DNA from: Longimicrobiales bacterium
Lineage (GTDB): Bacteria > Gemmatimonadota > Gemmatimonadetes > Longimicrobiales > Gaopeijiaceae
Direction of reading: 5' to 3'
DNA length: 64,000 nucleotides
Assembly (NCBI GenBank): GCA_965116905.1
Contig: OZ220732.1
Location: 3,712,001 to 3,776,000 of the forward strand
A program made the translations under genes and the position numbers. Positions 48,838 to 58,003 of this stretch are shown here, one piece after another. Position 1 is the stretch's first letter. Each line of letters begins with the position of its first letter. The notes beneath the pieces were generated by a model that was not told the origin of the DNA, ran no database searches, and worked only from the letters and a program-made list of their open reading frames with translations.

Positions 48838-50681
48838 TGACGGTCACCACACCGATGTCCACGAACGGCGGTCCGCCGCCGCAGGTCTCCCGCGTCAACG
48901 ACCTCGCGTTCAAGATCGGCACGGTCAACGGCACGGGGTCGGCAAGCGCCAACGGACTGCTCCGCAGCGCGATCTTCCGCATGGGCATTCCGGTGTCGGG
49001 CAAGAACCTCTTCCCGTCGAACATCCAGGGTCTGCCCACCTGGTACGAGATCCGGGCCAACGCCGACGGCCACACGGCGCGCACCGCGCGCTTCGACATG
49101 GTCGTGGCGATGAACCCGGCCACCTACAAGCGGGACATCGAAGAGGTCACTCCGGGCGGTTGGGTCATGTACGACTCGAGCTGGCCCCTGCCCCGCGACC
49201 TGGACCGGGACGACGTGACCTTCCTCGGGATCCCCCTGGCGAAGATGACGGTCGACAACTTCAAGGGATCGCGCGTCCGAATCCTCATGAAGAACATCTG
49301 CTACGTGGGAGCGCTGGCGGCGCTGCTCCAGATGGATCTGGAAATCGTGCGGGGGCTGCTCAACGAGACGTTTGCGGCCAAGGCCAAGCTGCTCGACGCC
49401 AACCAGCTCGCGATCGACCTCGGCTACGAGTACGCGCTCGAGCACTTCGACTGCCCCCTGCCGGTCCACCTCGAGGCCACGGATGGCAACCGGGACTCGA
49501 TCGTGATCGACGGCAACACCGCCGCGGCGCTGGGATGCGTCTACGCCGGTGCGACCGTGGCCGCCTGGTACCCGATCACGCCGTCCACGTCGCTCGTGGA
49601 CGCCTTCACCGGCTTCTGCAACCAGTTCCGCAAGGACCCGGAGACGGGCCGGAACCGGTTCGCGATCATCCAGGCCGAAGACGAACTCGCCGCCGCGGGC
49701 ATGGTCATCGGGGCCGCGTGGGCGGGAGCGCGCGCGTTCACCTCGACGAGCGGGGCGGGCCTGTCGCTGATGAGCGAGTTCATCGGGCTCGCCTACTACG
49801 CCGAGGTGCCGTCGGTTTTCTTCGACGTGCAGCGGGTGGGTCCGTCGACCGGGATGCCCACGCGGACGCAGCAGGGCGACATCCAGTTCGCGGCGTATGC
49901 ATCGCACGGGGACACCCGGCACATCGTCATCTTTCCCGCCAATCCGCACGAGTGCTTCGATTTCGCGGTCGAGGCGTTCGACCTGGCCGAGCGCTTCCAG
50001 ACGCCGGTGTTCGTCCTGACCGACCTGGACATCGGCATGAACGACTGGGTCATCCCCAAGCTCGAATGGGACGACGCCTACCGCCCGGATCGCGGCAAGG
50101 TGCTCACCGCCGAGGAGCTCGACGCGGCCACGGGGCCCTTCCACCGCTACCTGGACGTGGACGGCGACGGGATCCCGTGGCGGACGCTGCCGGGCGTGCA
50201 CCCCAACGGCGCCTACCTCACCCGCGGTTCGGGTCATGACCGGTTCGGCAACTACACCGAGGACTCGGAGCCGTACGCGGATGTGCTGGCCCGCGTCGGA
50301 CGCAAGATCGACGGTGCGGCCCCGCATCTGCCCGCGCCCGAGATCCGGCTGCGCGACGGGGCGAAGATCGGGCTGGTGACGATCGGCGGGTGCCGGGGGG
50401 CGGTGCTGGAGGCGGTCGAGGAGCTGGCCGAGCGCGGGATCGAGGCGGACTACATGCGGGTGCGGGCGTTTCCGTTCCACCCCGAGGTCGAGCCGTTCCT
50501 GGCAGCGCATGACGTCAACTTCGTGATCGAGCAGAACCGTGACGGGCAGCTGCGCAAGCTGCTGATCGCCGAGACGGACGCCGAGAAGGACGCGCTGGTG
50601 TCGATCCGATATTACGGGGGCTATCCCATGAGCTGCCACCACGTCATGGACGGGCTGGCCGTCCACGGAGCGACCCCGTGA
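48837..50681 (+). CDS. 2-oxoacid:acceptor oxidoreductase alpha subunit (gamma-alpha fusion)
   Basis: YPITPS, QAEDE, TSGAG and QRVGPSTGMPT. Confidence 0.93.
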   Translation: MTVTTPMSTNGGPPPQVSRVNDLAFKIGTVNGTGSASANGLLRSAIFRMGIPVSGKNLFPSNIQGLPTWYEIRANADGHTARTARFDMVVAMNPATYKRDIEEVTPGGWVMYDSSWPLPRDLDRDDVTFLGIPLAKMTVDNFKGSRVRILMKNICYVGALAALLQMDLEIVRGLLNETFAAKAKLLDANQLAIDLGYEYALEHFDCPLPVHLEATDGNRDSIVIDGNTAAALGCVYAGATVAAWYPITPSTSLVDAFTGFCNQFRKDPETGRNRFAIIQAEDELAAAGMVIGAAWAGARAFTSTSGAGLSLMSEFIGLAYYAEVPSVFFDVQRVGPSTGMPTRTQQGDIQFAAYASHGDTRHIVIFPANPHECFDFAVEAFDLAERFQTPVFVLTDLDIGMNDWVIPKLEWDDAYRPDRGKVLTAEELDAATGPFHRYLDVDGDGIPWRTLPGVHPNGAYLTRGSGHDRFGNYTEDSEPYADVLARVGRKIDGAAPHLPAPEIRLRDGAKIGLVTIGGCRGAVLEAVEELAERGIEADYMRVRAFPFHPEVEPFLAAHDVNFVIEQNRDGQLRKLLIAETDAEKDALVSIRYYGGYPMSCHHVMDGLAVHGATP

Positions 50682-51751
50682 GCTACATCAGGAAGCCCCG
50701 CGTGCATCATCCGGGCCTGACCCGGAACCGGCTCGGCCTGACCCGCCGCGACTACGAAGGCACCATGTCCACCCTGTGCGCCGGGTGCGGCCACGACTCG
50801 ATCACAGCCGCGATCATCGAAGCCTTCTGGGAGCTGGAGATCGCGCCGCACGAGGTGGCGAAGACCTCCGGGATCGGGTGCAGCGGCAAGACTCCGACGT
50901 ACTTCCTCAAGGAAGCGCACGGCTTCAACGGGGTGCACGGCCGGATGCCGTCGATCACGACGGGGGCGCACGCGGCCAACCGCGAACTCGTGTGCATCGG
51001 CGTCTCGGGCGACGGCGACAGCCTCTCGATCGGCATGGGCCAGTTCGCGCACGTCGTGCGGCGCAACGTGGACATGCTCTACATCATCGAGAACAACGGC
51101 GTCTACGGGCTCACCAAGGGGCAGTTCTCGGCGTCGGCCGACGTCGGTTCGACCGCCAAGCGCGGCCAGGTCAACCGCGAACACCCCATCGACTCCGTCC
51201 TCCTCAGCCTCAACCTCGGCGCGGGATTCGTGGCGCGGAGCTTCTCGGGCGACAAGGAGCAGCTCGTCCCCATCATCAAGGCGGGACTGCGCCACCGCGG
51301 GTTCGCGCTGATCGACATCATCTCGCCGTGCGTCACCTTCAACGACCACCGGGGCTCGACCAAGAGCTACCAGTACACGCGCGACAACTACAACCAGCTC
51401 GTGTACGCCGACTTCGTACCGCCCGCCGAGGAGATCGCCACGTCATTCGAGGCCGGCGACGTCCGCTCCGTGGCCATGCACGACGGCAGCCGGATCGCGT
51501 TCCGCAAGGTGCCCGAGGACTACGACCCCACCGACCGCGACCAGGTGTACGGCTACATCCGGGAGCGCCAGCGCGAGGGCGAGGTCGCGACCGGGCTGCT
51601 GTACGTGGAGGCGGCGCCGAGGGAGGCCACCGAGGCGGTCGATTTCCACGGGATCCACGGCACGGTGGACGAGCCGCTGTCGAGCTATCCGTACGAGGAT
51701 CTGTGTCCGGGAGCGGAGGCGCTGGAGAAGCTGCAGAAGCGGTTCAGGTAA
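50678..51751 (+). CDS. 2-oxoacid:ferredoxin oxidoreductase beta subunit
   Basis: CAGCGH, SGIGCS, GDGD TPP motif, NNGVYGLTKGQ and SPCVTFN. Confidence 0.93.
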   Translation: MSYIRKPRVHHPGLTRNRLGLTRRDYEGTMSTLCAGCGHDSITAAIIEAFWELEIAPHEVAKTSGIGCSGKTPTYFLKEAHGFNGVHGRMPSITTGAHAANRELVCIGVSGDGDSLSIGMGQFAHVVRRNVDMLYIIENNGVYGLTKGQFSASADVGSTAKRGQVNREHPIDSVLLSLNLGAGFVARSFSGDKEQLVPIIKAGLRHRGFALIDIISPCVTFNDHRGSTKSYQYTRDNYNQLVYADFVPPAEEIATSFEAGDVRSVAMHDGSRIAFRKVPEDYDPTDRDQVYGYIRERQREGEVATGLLYVEAAPREATEAVDFHGIHGTVDEPLSSYPYEDLCPGAEALEKLQKRFR

Positions 51752-51856
51752 GCGGGCGTATGACTCTGGAAAACAAAGAAGGGGTAACGATAGACTAGCA
51801 GCGCAATTGCACTAACGGCTTCACTGGTATGCTCACACACCACTATCGCGAAAACG

Positions 51857-52438
51857 ATGTCTAAGGAACTGAAGGGCAAGGCGGGGATCCGCTCCTTCCT
51901 GCTGCAACACATTGGAGAGATTGTTACCACTGAACAGGTTCGTGACGCCAGTGGGAACCAAGTCCAGTATTCACGCCGACTGAGGGAACTCCGGGACGAA
52001 GAGGGATGGCCGATCCATTCTCACCATGATTCGACTGATCTGAGTCCGGGTCAGTATCGGCTCATAGCACCTCCACCGGACAAGCCACCGGTTAGGTTTG
52101 CCCGAAACATCACCGCAAAACTGCGAGCAGAGGTGCTAAGCCGAAATGGAAACACATGTCAAATGTGCGGTGCTGCCGCTGGCGATCCTGATGACCGAAC
52201 CGGACGCCCCACTCGACTCCACATTAGCCATATAAAAGCCAAGAGTCACGGTGGAGGTGATACACTTGATAATCTAAAAGCCTTGTGTAGTCACTGTAAC
52301 CAAGGAGCGAAGAACATAACTCCAGAGCCACCTAGTCGGCTTTGGTTGCTTACCCAAATACGGCGAGCCAAAGAAGACGACCAAAGAGCGGCGTTCGACT
52401 GGTTACGTGACAAGTTCAGCAATCCGCTGGGCAACTGA
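51857..52438 (+). CDS. HNH endonuclease, KpnI-like architecture
   Basis: N-terminal FLLQHIGEIVT..RRLRELRDEEGW..DLSPGQY, then CQMC, HI and LCSHCN zinc/HNH motifs. Confidence 0.8.
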   Translation: MSKELKGKAGIRSFLLQHIGEIVTTEQVRDASGNQVQYSRRLRELRDEEGWPIHSHHDSTDLSPGQYRLIAPPPDKPPVRFARNITAKLRAEVLSRNGNTCQMCGAAAGDPDDRTGRPTRLHISHIKAKSHGGGDTLDNLKALCSHCNQGAKNITPEPPSRLWLLTQIRRAKEDDQRAAFDWLRDKFSNPLGN

Positions 52439-52474
52439 CCCGTTTACGCCGTCTATTCGCTGCGGGTGTCACGG

Positions 52475-52939
52475 TTAGTGACCACGCTGCAGCTCCCGCA
52501 CCACTAGCTCGGCTGTGCCCTTGAGATCAGCCCGCACATCCGATTCCCAGAATCTCAGCACGGTCCACCCGTCCTTCTCAAGTGCCGCGGTCACCTCGTC
52601 GTCGCGTTTTACCCTCTTCGTGAACTTCTCGATCCAGTAATCCCGATTGGCAGTCTTGATCCGGGTGTACAGCGCTCCAGACCCCTGCTCGCGTAACACC
52701 CGGGCATGCCAATAGTCCCCGTCAATGAACACCGCCACACGTGCCCCGGGGAATACGATGTCCGGCTTCCCCAACAGCCTGGAATCGTTCTTCCGAAACC
52801 GGAGACCGCGCCGGTGCAGAATCGAGCGGAGCGCGACCTCCGTCTTGCCACCGGTGCTGCGGATGGCCGACATGTTGCGCTGGATCTCCTCACGGGACTT
52901 CGGCCGGTATTCCACGGGGCAGTTAGATGGCGAGGTCAA
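52475..52939 (-). CDS. vsr: Very short patch repair endonuclease
   Basis: NMSAIRS..TE, GKPDIVF, FIDGDYWH and GWTVLRFWE. Confidence 0.92.
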   Translation of the reverse strand: MTSPSNCPVEYRPKSREEIQRNMSAIRSTGGKTEVALRSILHRRGLRFRKNDSRLLGKPDIVFPGARVAVFIDGDYWHARVLREQGSGALYTRIKTANRDYWIEKFTKRVKRDDEVTAALEKDGWTVLRFWESDVRADLKGTAELVVRELQRGH

Positions 52940-53765
52940 GGGGCAGGTCCGAAATGTCCCGGAGTCTCTTCCCTTCCACCATGATCGAGAGCATGTCTTG
53001 AGCGTCAGCCCAAGGCTCGGCGGACACTACCTCCTGAAGCTCATGAAGCGCTACATGGTAAGTGCAGTCGATGTCGCCAGTCCCGATCGCGATCGAAGCG
53101 AGTCGGCTGGGTAGCGGCTCAGCGGTTACCACCGAAATGTGAGGCGAGCGGCCCTTGCGGTTTCTCAGGAGATTAAGGGCTTCGGCGCGCGAGTTCTGCG
53201 TGCGGTCGCTGCGGATCGTCCACTTGCAGGAGACGCTGGCGTGAAGGATCTCCAATCCGGAGTTCTCCCGCCGCAGCGGGGTGAAGCGCGCGAATCCTCG
53301 GGTCACGAAGGTCTCGTTTTGGTTGATCCGTTCGTCAGGCTCGGGCTCCCGTGTGATGATGATGTCGGGCTTGATTGTGTAGTCGATCCCCAGTGCTGCG
53401 GCGAGAGCGACATTGGCTTCCGCGGCCTGCTCCAAAGCCTCAAGATGCGCATACTGTTCAAAGTGGGAGATCGCTGAGCCCCGCCTAATGTGCCACGTTC
53501 CCGGTCGGAGGTGCGCGAGACGAGGGAACGTGGCTTGGAGGAAGTCCCGAGCGCGCCGTTCAAACTCGGTTCCCGCCGCTGTTCCCTTCAGTCGTTCGCG
53601 ATCCGAAGTCACGCCGACGGCTTCGGCCAACGCGAGCCCGATTCCCACGCTGGCATTGTTCTTCTTGTCGGAATTGCTCGGGATCCCACCGCGGACGGAC
53701 CAGAGCCGCTCTTGAAGTGCCGAATGGAACTGCCGTCTGACAACGGACAGAATCTCGTTCGTCAT
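52923..53765 (-). CDS. NgoMIV family type II restriction endonuclease
   Basis: YTIKPDII, LHASVSCKWTIRSDRTQNSRAEALNLLRNRKGR, EPLPSRLASIA-GTGDID and RLRDISDLPLDLAI. Confidence 0.9.
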   Translation of the reverse strand: MTNEILSVVRRQFHSALQERLWSVRGGIPSNSDKKNNASVGIGLALAEAVGVTSDRERLKGTAAGTEFERRARDFLQATFPRLAHLRPGTWHIRRGSAISHFEQYAHLEALEQAAEANVALAAALGIDYTIKPDIIITREPEPDERINQNETFVTRGFARFTPLRRENSGLEILHASVSCKWTIRSDRTQNSRAEALNLLRNRKGRSPHISVVTAEPLPSRLASIAIGTGDIDCTYHVALHELQEVVSAEPWADAQDMLSIMVEGKRLRDISDLPLDLAI

Positions 53766-54748
53766 GCGATCTGAGCTTGCAGTGCCAACTGCTGATCGGA
53801 GCTCTCTGCGGGCCTTTCCTGCATCAAGGCCGTTGCCAGCGACCGGCCAACGGCCTCTGCGACGGGCGGTGGCAGGGCATTGCCGACCTGACGGTAGGCT
53901 GCGGTCTTGCGACCCGCCAGCTTCCATGAATCGGGGAAGCCCTGGATGCGTGCGGTCATGCGAACAGTCAACCGCGGCATGGTTCCTACCGGAAAGTCGG
54001 GACCGGGGGGAGCGTCTGCCAAGGAGAGACCGTTTACGCCAAGCTTGCTCCAAGCGGCCCTGGCCCTCGTGGGTCCTAGATCAGCCCCGCCGTGCTTTTT
54101 CGAGCCTCCCACAAGGGTTGGCGCTATTCCGTTCGCGCGCCTCGCCCAATCACGGGCTCCTTTCCAACCACCCTCACTCATCAGATCGATCAGGCATTCT
54201 CCAACCGTCCGGGTGACTGGAGCCTTGGCGGGCCACGCAAAGTAAGGGACGAATCGCTCTTTCAGCCCGACCAGAATGAACCGGGGCCGTAGTTGCGGAA
54301 CACCGTAGTCGCTCGCGGTTAGAACTGCCCAATCGACCCAATAGCCGAGTTCATTGAGGTGGGTCGCAAGTTCTCTGCGATACGAAAGGAACCGGCTGGA
54401 GGCGAAGCCCGGCACGTTCTCCAGAAACACCGACTTCGGTCGGATGCGCTCAATCAACTCCACTGCTGCGGGAAAGAGATCCCTATCGTCGTCCGCTCCC
54501 AACTGCTTTCCCGCCACCGAGAAGGGAGGACACGGCACCCCTCCCGCAAAAAGATCCACGGCACCAAGATCCAACCCGTGGAGTTCGCGGATGTCGACCT
54601 CCAGGACATTCCAGGACGGACGATTGGATCGCAGGGTGGCGCAGGGATACGGATCGATCTCGGCCAGCCCGACTGCTCGAAAACCGGCGCTCTCAAGTCC
54701 CAAGGCCATTCCACCCGCTCCGGCGCAGATTTCAAAGACATTCAGCAA
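53762..54748 (-). CDS. DNA (cytosine-5) methyltransferase of the R-M system
   Basis: ICAGAGG, GVPCPPFS, ENVPG, QLRPR and QVGNA; the APTLVGGSKKHGGADLGPTR target region is as I recall it for GCCGGC-type MTases. Confidence 0.93.
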   Translation of the reverse strand: MLNVFEICAGAGGMALGLESAGFRAVGLAEIDPYPCATLRSNRPSWNVLEVDIRELHGLDLGAVDLFAGGVPCPPFSVAGKQLGADDDRDLFPAAVELIERIRPKSVFLENVPGFASSRFLSYRRELATHLNELGYWVDWAVLTASDYGVPQLRPRFILVGLKERFVPYFAWPAKAPVTRTVGECLIDLMSEGGWKGARDWARRANGIAPTLVGGSKKHGGADLGPTRARAAWSKLGVNGLSLADAPPGPDFPVGTMPRLTVRMTARIQGFPDSWKLAGRKTAAYRQVGNALPPPVAEAVGRSLATALMQERPAESSDQQLALQAQIA

Positions 54749-54960
54749 CTGCGGTCGTTCTCCCGGTTGTCGGTGAATTGGGCAATGGACACTACATATT
54801 GTGGGGCCAAGGAGGGGACGACGCCATGTCTGGTTGGGCCAACCCTGCGAAGGACTCGCAACTACCCATCAGAATCGCCATCGATCCGCGTCCGATTCAG
54901 CATCGCTCTCACCCACCGAGACAACCTGCGGGGCGTGCTTCAGATCCCGACCGATTTGAA

Positions 54961-55009
54961 GTGTACTCCGAAATAGTCGAACCAATTCGGAATACACTCC
55001 GAAATGGTC
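54961..55009. repeat. Inverted plus direct repeat at the island edge
   Basis: gtgtactccgaa...ttcggaatacac (11/12 inverted match) and actccgaaatRgtc twice, 31 bp apart. Confidence 0.7.
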
Positions 55010-55025
55010 AAGCCGTAGCGCCCCC

Positions 55026-56135
55026 CTACCGCCACTCCCCGATGTCGTACCAATCGACCGCGCGGGCGGGGATCCCTTCGGGGTCGTCCGGCGTCGGCGC
55101 CCGCTCGACAAGGACCGCCAGAGTCGATCCAGCCACATCGAATCCCAGGACTCGATCCTGGACCCTGACACTCCCGAAGTACGCCCCCTCGCGCGGCAGA
55201 TAGATGTCCAGGTAGGAGAATTCGTCCCGATCCCGCTCGGTGGCGATCCAGAACCGTCCCTGTTCGTCGAACTTCTCACTCCAGGAGAGGTGGTACTCCT
55301 TCGGCGTGTTCCGGAATTCTTCCAGGGCTTCGTTGTCCTCATCGATCCCCGCTCGTCCACGGGCCCGGTTTCTCTCTCTCCAGTCCGCGATGTCGCGCGC
55401 CGACGGCAACTCGTCCGTGTAGGTCGGCGCTCGGATGAGTCTCTCCTCACCGTCGCCTGTCACGAAGACCAGATGCCCCCCGCAGGCGGTGAAGACCCAG
55501 CCGCCCCCTGGATCGGGGATACCGTAGTGGACTTTCCCGCATTCGATGTCGGCATCGACCGGAGGAAGCTCCTCCTGCCGGACCACCGTCCCCGATGCGA
55601 TGTCGATTTCGAACATGCTCATGAAACCGCCGCTCCCGGCCCCGGCCTCGAACAAGGCAAAGTCGAAAGTCGTGATCGCCACACCCACAACGCTCTCGCC
55701 GAACCGCCATACGGGTATGAGGTCCGCTGCTGCGGCGTCGGGAAGCAGCATTTCAGTCACCAGAGCTCCGGACGGCTCGAACACGGAGAATCGATTCAGG
55801 CCGAAGTCCAACACGCCCAGGGTCCCGTCTCGACCGGCGACGAGAACGTTGGTCATGTCGAACTCGCCGGGCCCCTCGCCCTCGCCTCCGAATACTCCGA
55901 CAAGCCCTCCGCTGCGGTCGAAGCAGTGGACCAGGTATTCGAAGTCCTCGGCCACGCAGGCCGTGGACTCGTCCGACAGCAGCGCGATCAAACCACGCGT
56001 ATCGGGAGGAATCTCGGCGGTACCGACACGCTCAGGCACCAGCGTCCGCAATCCGGAGTCGTCGCCCTGGCAACCCAGCGCCAGGACCAGGGCCGGCGCC
56101 AATGCCACTGTCAACGCGATGGGAGCTCGTCTCAC
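55026..56135 (-). CDS. 6-bladed beta-propeller lipoprotein
   Basis: Lipobox ALGC; FGGEGEGPGEF and FDEQGRFW. Confidence 0.72.
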   Translation of the reverse strand: MRRAPIALTVALAPALVLALGCQGDDSGLRTLVPERVGTAEIPPDTRGLIALLSDESTACVAEDFEYLVHCFDRSGGLVGVFGGEGEGPGEFDMTNVLVAGRDGTLGVLDFGLNRFSVFEPSGALVTEMLLPDAAAADLIPVWRFGESVVGVAITTFDFALFEAGAGSGGFMSMFEIDIASGTVVRQEELPPVDADIECGKVHYGIPDPGGGWVFTACGGHLVFVTGDGEERLIRAPTYTDELPSARDIADWRERNRARGRAGIDEDNEALEEFRNTPKEYHLSWSEKFDEQGRFWIATERDRDEFSYLDIYLPREGAYFGSVRVQDRVLGFDVAGSTLAVLVERAPTPDDPEGIPARAVDWYDIGEWR

Positions 56136-56156
56136 TGCGGACCCCTTTTCGCCCCC

Positions 56157-56507
56157 CTACCCGCCGCCGAACGCCGAATCCGTCTTCGCCGCCATCACGA
56201 AGTCGTTCACGTGCAGGTTGCGGATCTTGTGGGTCCACCAGGTCACCGTGACCCGGCCCCACTCCGTCAGCAGCGCGGGATGATGGCCCTGCTCCTCGGC
56301 CAGCTCCCCCACCCGGTTCGTGAACGCCATCGCGGCGACGAAGTCCCCGAACCGGAACACGCGCTCCAGCGTCGGGATCCCGTTGCGGTCGACGATCTCC
56401 CACTCCGGGATCTGCGCGCTGTACTCCGCGATCTCGGCCTCGGTGGCCGGCGGCGCGCCCACGCGGCACGCCTCGCACGTCCGCCCGACAAGTTCGGTGA
56501 CGGTCAT
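56157..56507 (-). CDS. phhB: Pterin-4-alpha-carbinolamine dehydratase
   Basis: [18 protein letters not shown] and NDFVMAAK. Confidence 0.92.
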   Translation of the reverse strand: MTVTELVGRTCEACRVGAPPATEAEIAEYSAQIPEWEIVDRNGIPTLERVFRFGDFVAAMAFTNRVGELAEEQGHHPALLTEWGRVTVTWWTHKIRNLHVNDFVMAAKTDSAFGGG

Positions 56508-57058
56508 GGCCACAACCACCCGAAGGCGCCTCCGGTGAGCAGCCCGTAGATCAGCCCGTCGGCCATGCTGCGCGCGGTCGCCGCCCATCCCTGGCTCTGC
56601 CAGATCGCGTCCTGGGCGTGCGCGAGCGCGTACCCCATGAACGCCGCGGTCGACGCGATCTTGAAGACCGCCATGTACTCGGCCCCGGGACCCAGCGCGA
56701 GGCCGGTCACGTATGCCGCGAAGAGCCCGACGACCAGACAGTACACGAACCACTGGCCCAGCGCCTTGTTCATGTTGTTCCGAGGGGACAGGACCGTGAT
56801 CATGGCGGCCGGTCCCCGCTTGACCTTCTCCTGGAACGCCTCGCTCCTCATCGCCGCCATGTCCGTGGCGTGCGGAAGGGAGTAGTTGCCGGGCGGAATG
56901 TCGAAGCCGCGCAGGGCGTCCATCACTCCGTCCTCGTCGGGGACGCCGCTGAAGTCGTGCTTGTGCCAGTTGAAGAACATGTGAATGGCCGAGCTCGCGA
57001 CGAACACGAGCACCGCGGCCACGAGGATGGGGAGCCAGAGACTCAGGGCTGGAACCAT
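56504..57058 (-). CDS. Hypothetical membrane protein
   Basis: AAGGAG RBS, four hydrophobic helices, ends FGWLWP. Confidence 0.75.
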   Translation of the reverse strand: MVPALSLWLPILVAAVLVFVASSAIHMFFNWHKHDFSGVPDEDGVMDALRGFDIPPGNYSLPHATDMAAMRSEAFQEKVKRGPAAMITVLSPRNNMNKALGQWFVYCLVVGLFAAYVTGLALGPGAEYMAVFKIASTAAFMGYALAHAQDAIWQSQGWAATARSMADGLIYGLLTGGAFGWLWP

Positions 57059-57082
57059 GGGGTTACTCCTTTGGTGAAGGGT

Positions 57083-58003
57083 CTACCAGTTCGGTTTCGG
57101 AAGATCGGGGATCAGGTCGGCGTACACGTGCTGCAGCCCGTCTCCGATGAGCGAGGGCATCGCGGTGAAGTGGTCGCGGTCCGCGTAGAACCGGGTGCGC
57201 AGATCCAGACCGGGGTAGCCACGCAACCGCAGGTTTTCGGCGAGCAGCGTCGTGCGGCTGATCAGTCTCTGGGCGCACAGCGGCGCGTGGTTGATCTCGC
57301 CGTCCGCCAGGCCGATGAAGACCCTGGCCTCGAGGTCGTCGTGGCGCTTCGCGTACTCGGCCTCCAGATCGATCGTCAGGCCGTTGGTCCCGCTCCCGAT
57401 GATGAAGCGCCCGAACGCCCCCGGACGTGCCAGCATCGCGTAGCTCGCGAAGCCCCCGCCCGCAGAGTGACCCCAGAGCGCGTGATCGTCCTCCATGCGA
57501 TACTGCTCACCCAGCGACGGGCGCAGCTGCTCCACCAGGAACTCGAGGAACCGGTCGCCCTTCAGGAAGGGCAGCGACATGTCGAAGTTGAAGCCCATTC
57601 CCTTCATGTAGTCCTGGGCCAGGCCGGCGTCCGACCATACGCTGCCCGGGGGAAACAGGTCGAAGGTGCGCTGGGCGAGTCCCAGCATGCCGTGGCTGCT
57701 CGGGTGTCCGACCCCGACCACGATGATCTCCGGGATGCGCTTGCCCACGGTGTAGAGGTTCGCGACACCGGCCGTGACGCCGAAGACCATCGCTCCGTCC
57801 ATGGACCAGACCACGGGATACCGGCGATCCGGCGAAACGTGGTACGAGGGGGGCAGCGCGACCAGCACCTCGTGATCGTAGTCGTATCCCTCGGCGCGCG
57901 CATGCGTGGGCGGCTCCCAGGACATGGCATAGGGGACCGGTTCGGTCGGAGGATCAGGCGCAGCGGCCTGCGGCGGCGAACCCCTCCGCCCGCGCTCCGT
58001 CAC
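57083..58003 (-). CDS. Alpha/beta hydrolase (IroE/BesA-like esterase)
   Basis: LPPSY, YPVVWSMDG, IIVVGVG and GHSAGG nucleophile elbow. Confidence 0.82.
   Translation of the reverse strand: MTERGRRGSPPQAAAPDPPTEPVPYAMSWEPPTHARAEGYDYDHEVLVALPPSYHVSPDRRYPVVWSMDGAMVFGVTAGVANLYTVGKRIPEIIVVGVGHPSSHGMLGLAQRTFDLFPPGSVWSDAGLAQDYMKGMGFNFDMSLPFLKGDRFLEFLVEQLRPSLGEQYRMEDDHALWGHSAGGGFASYAMLARPGAFGRFIIGSGTNGLTIDLEAEYAKRHDDLEARVFIGLADGEINHAPLCAQRLISRTTLLAENLRLRGYPGLDLRTRFYADRDHFTAMPSLIGDGLQHVYADLIPDLPKPNW

Larger units (their letters stand above)
51760..55010. mobile_element. AT-richer restriction-modification island
   Basis: Abrupt compositional and codon-usage shift after the beta-subunit stop, containing HNH, vsr, REase and C5-MTase genes. 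No integrase or flanking repeats seen. Confidence 0.6.

Noticed and set aside
51760..54780. Apparent absence of GCCGGC inside the R-M island while it is common elsewhere
   Set aside because: The island is short and AT-richer, so few sites are expected; a scan by eye cannot establish significance.
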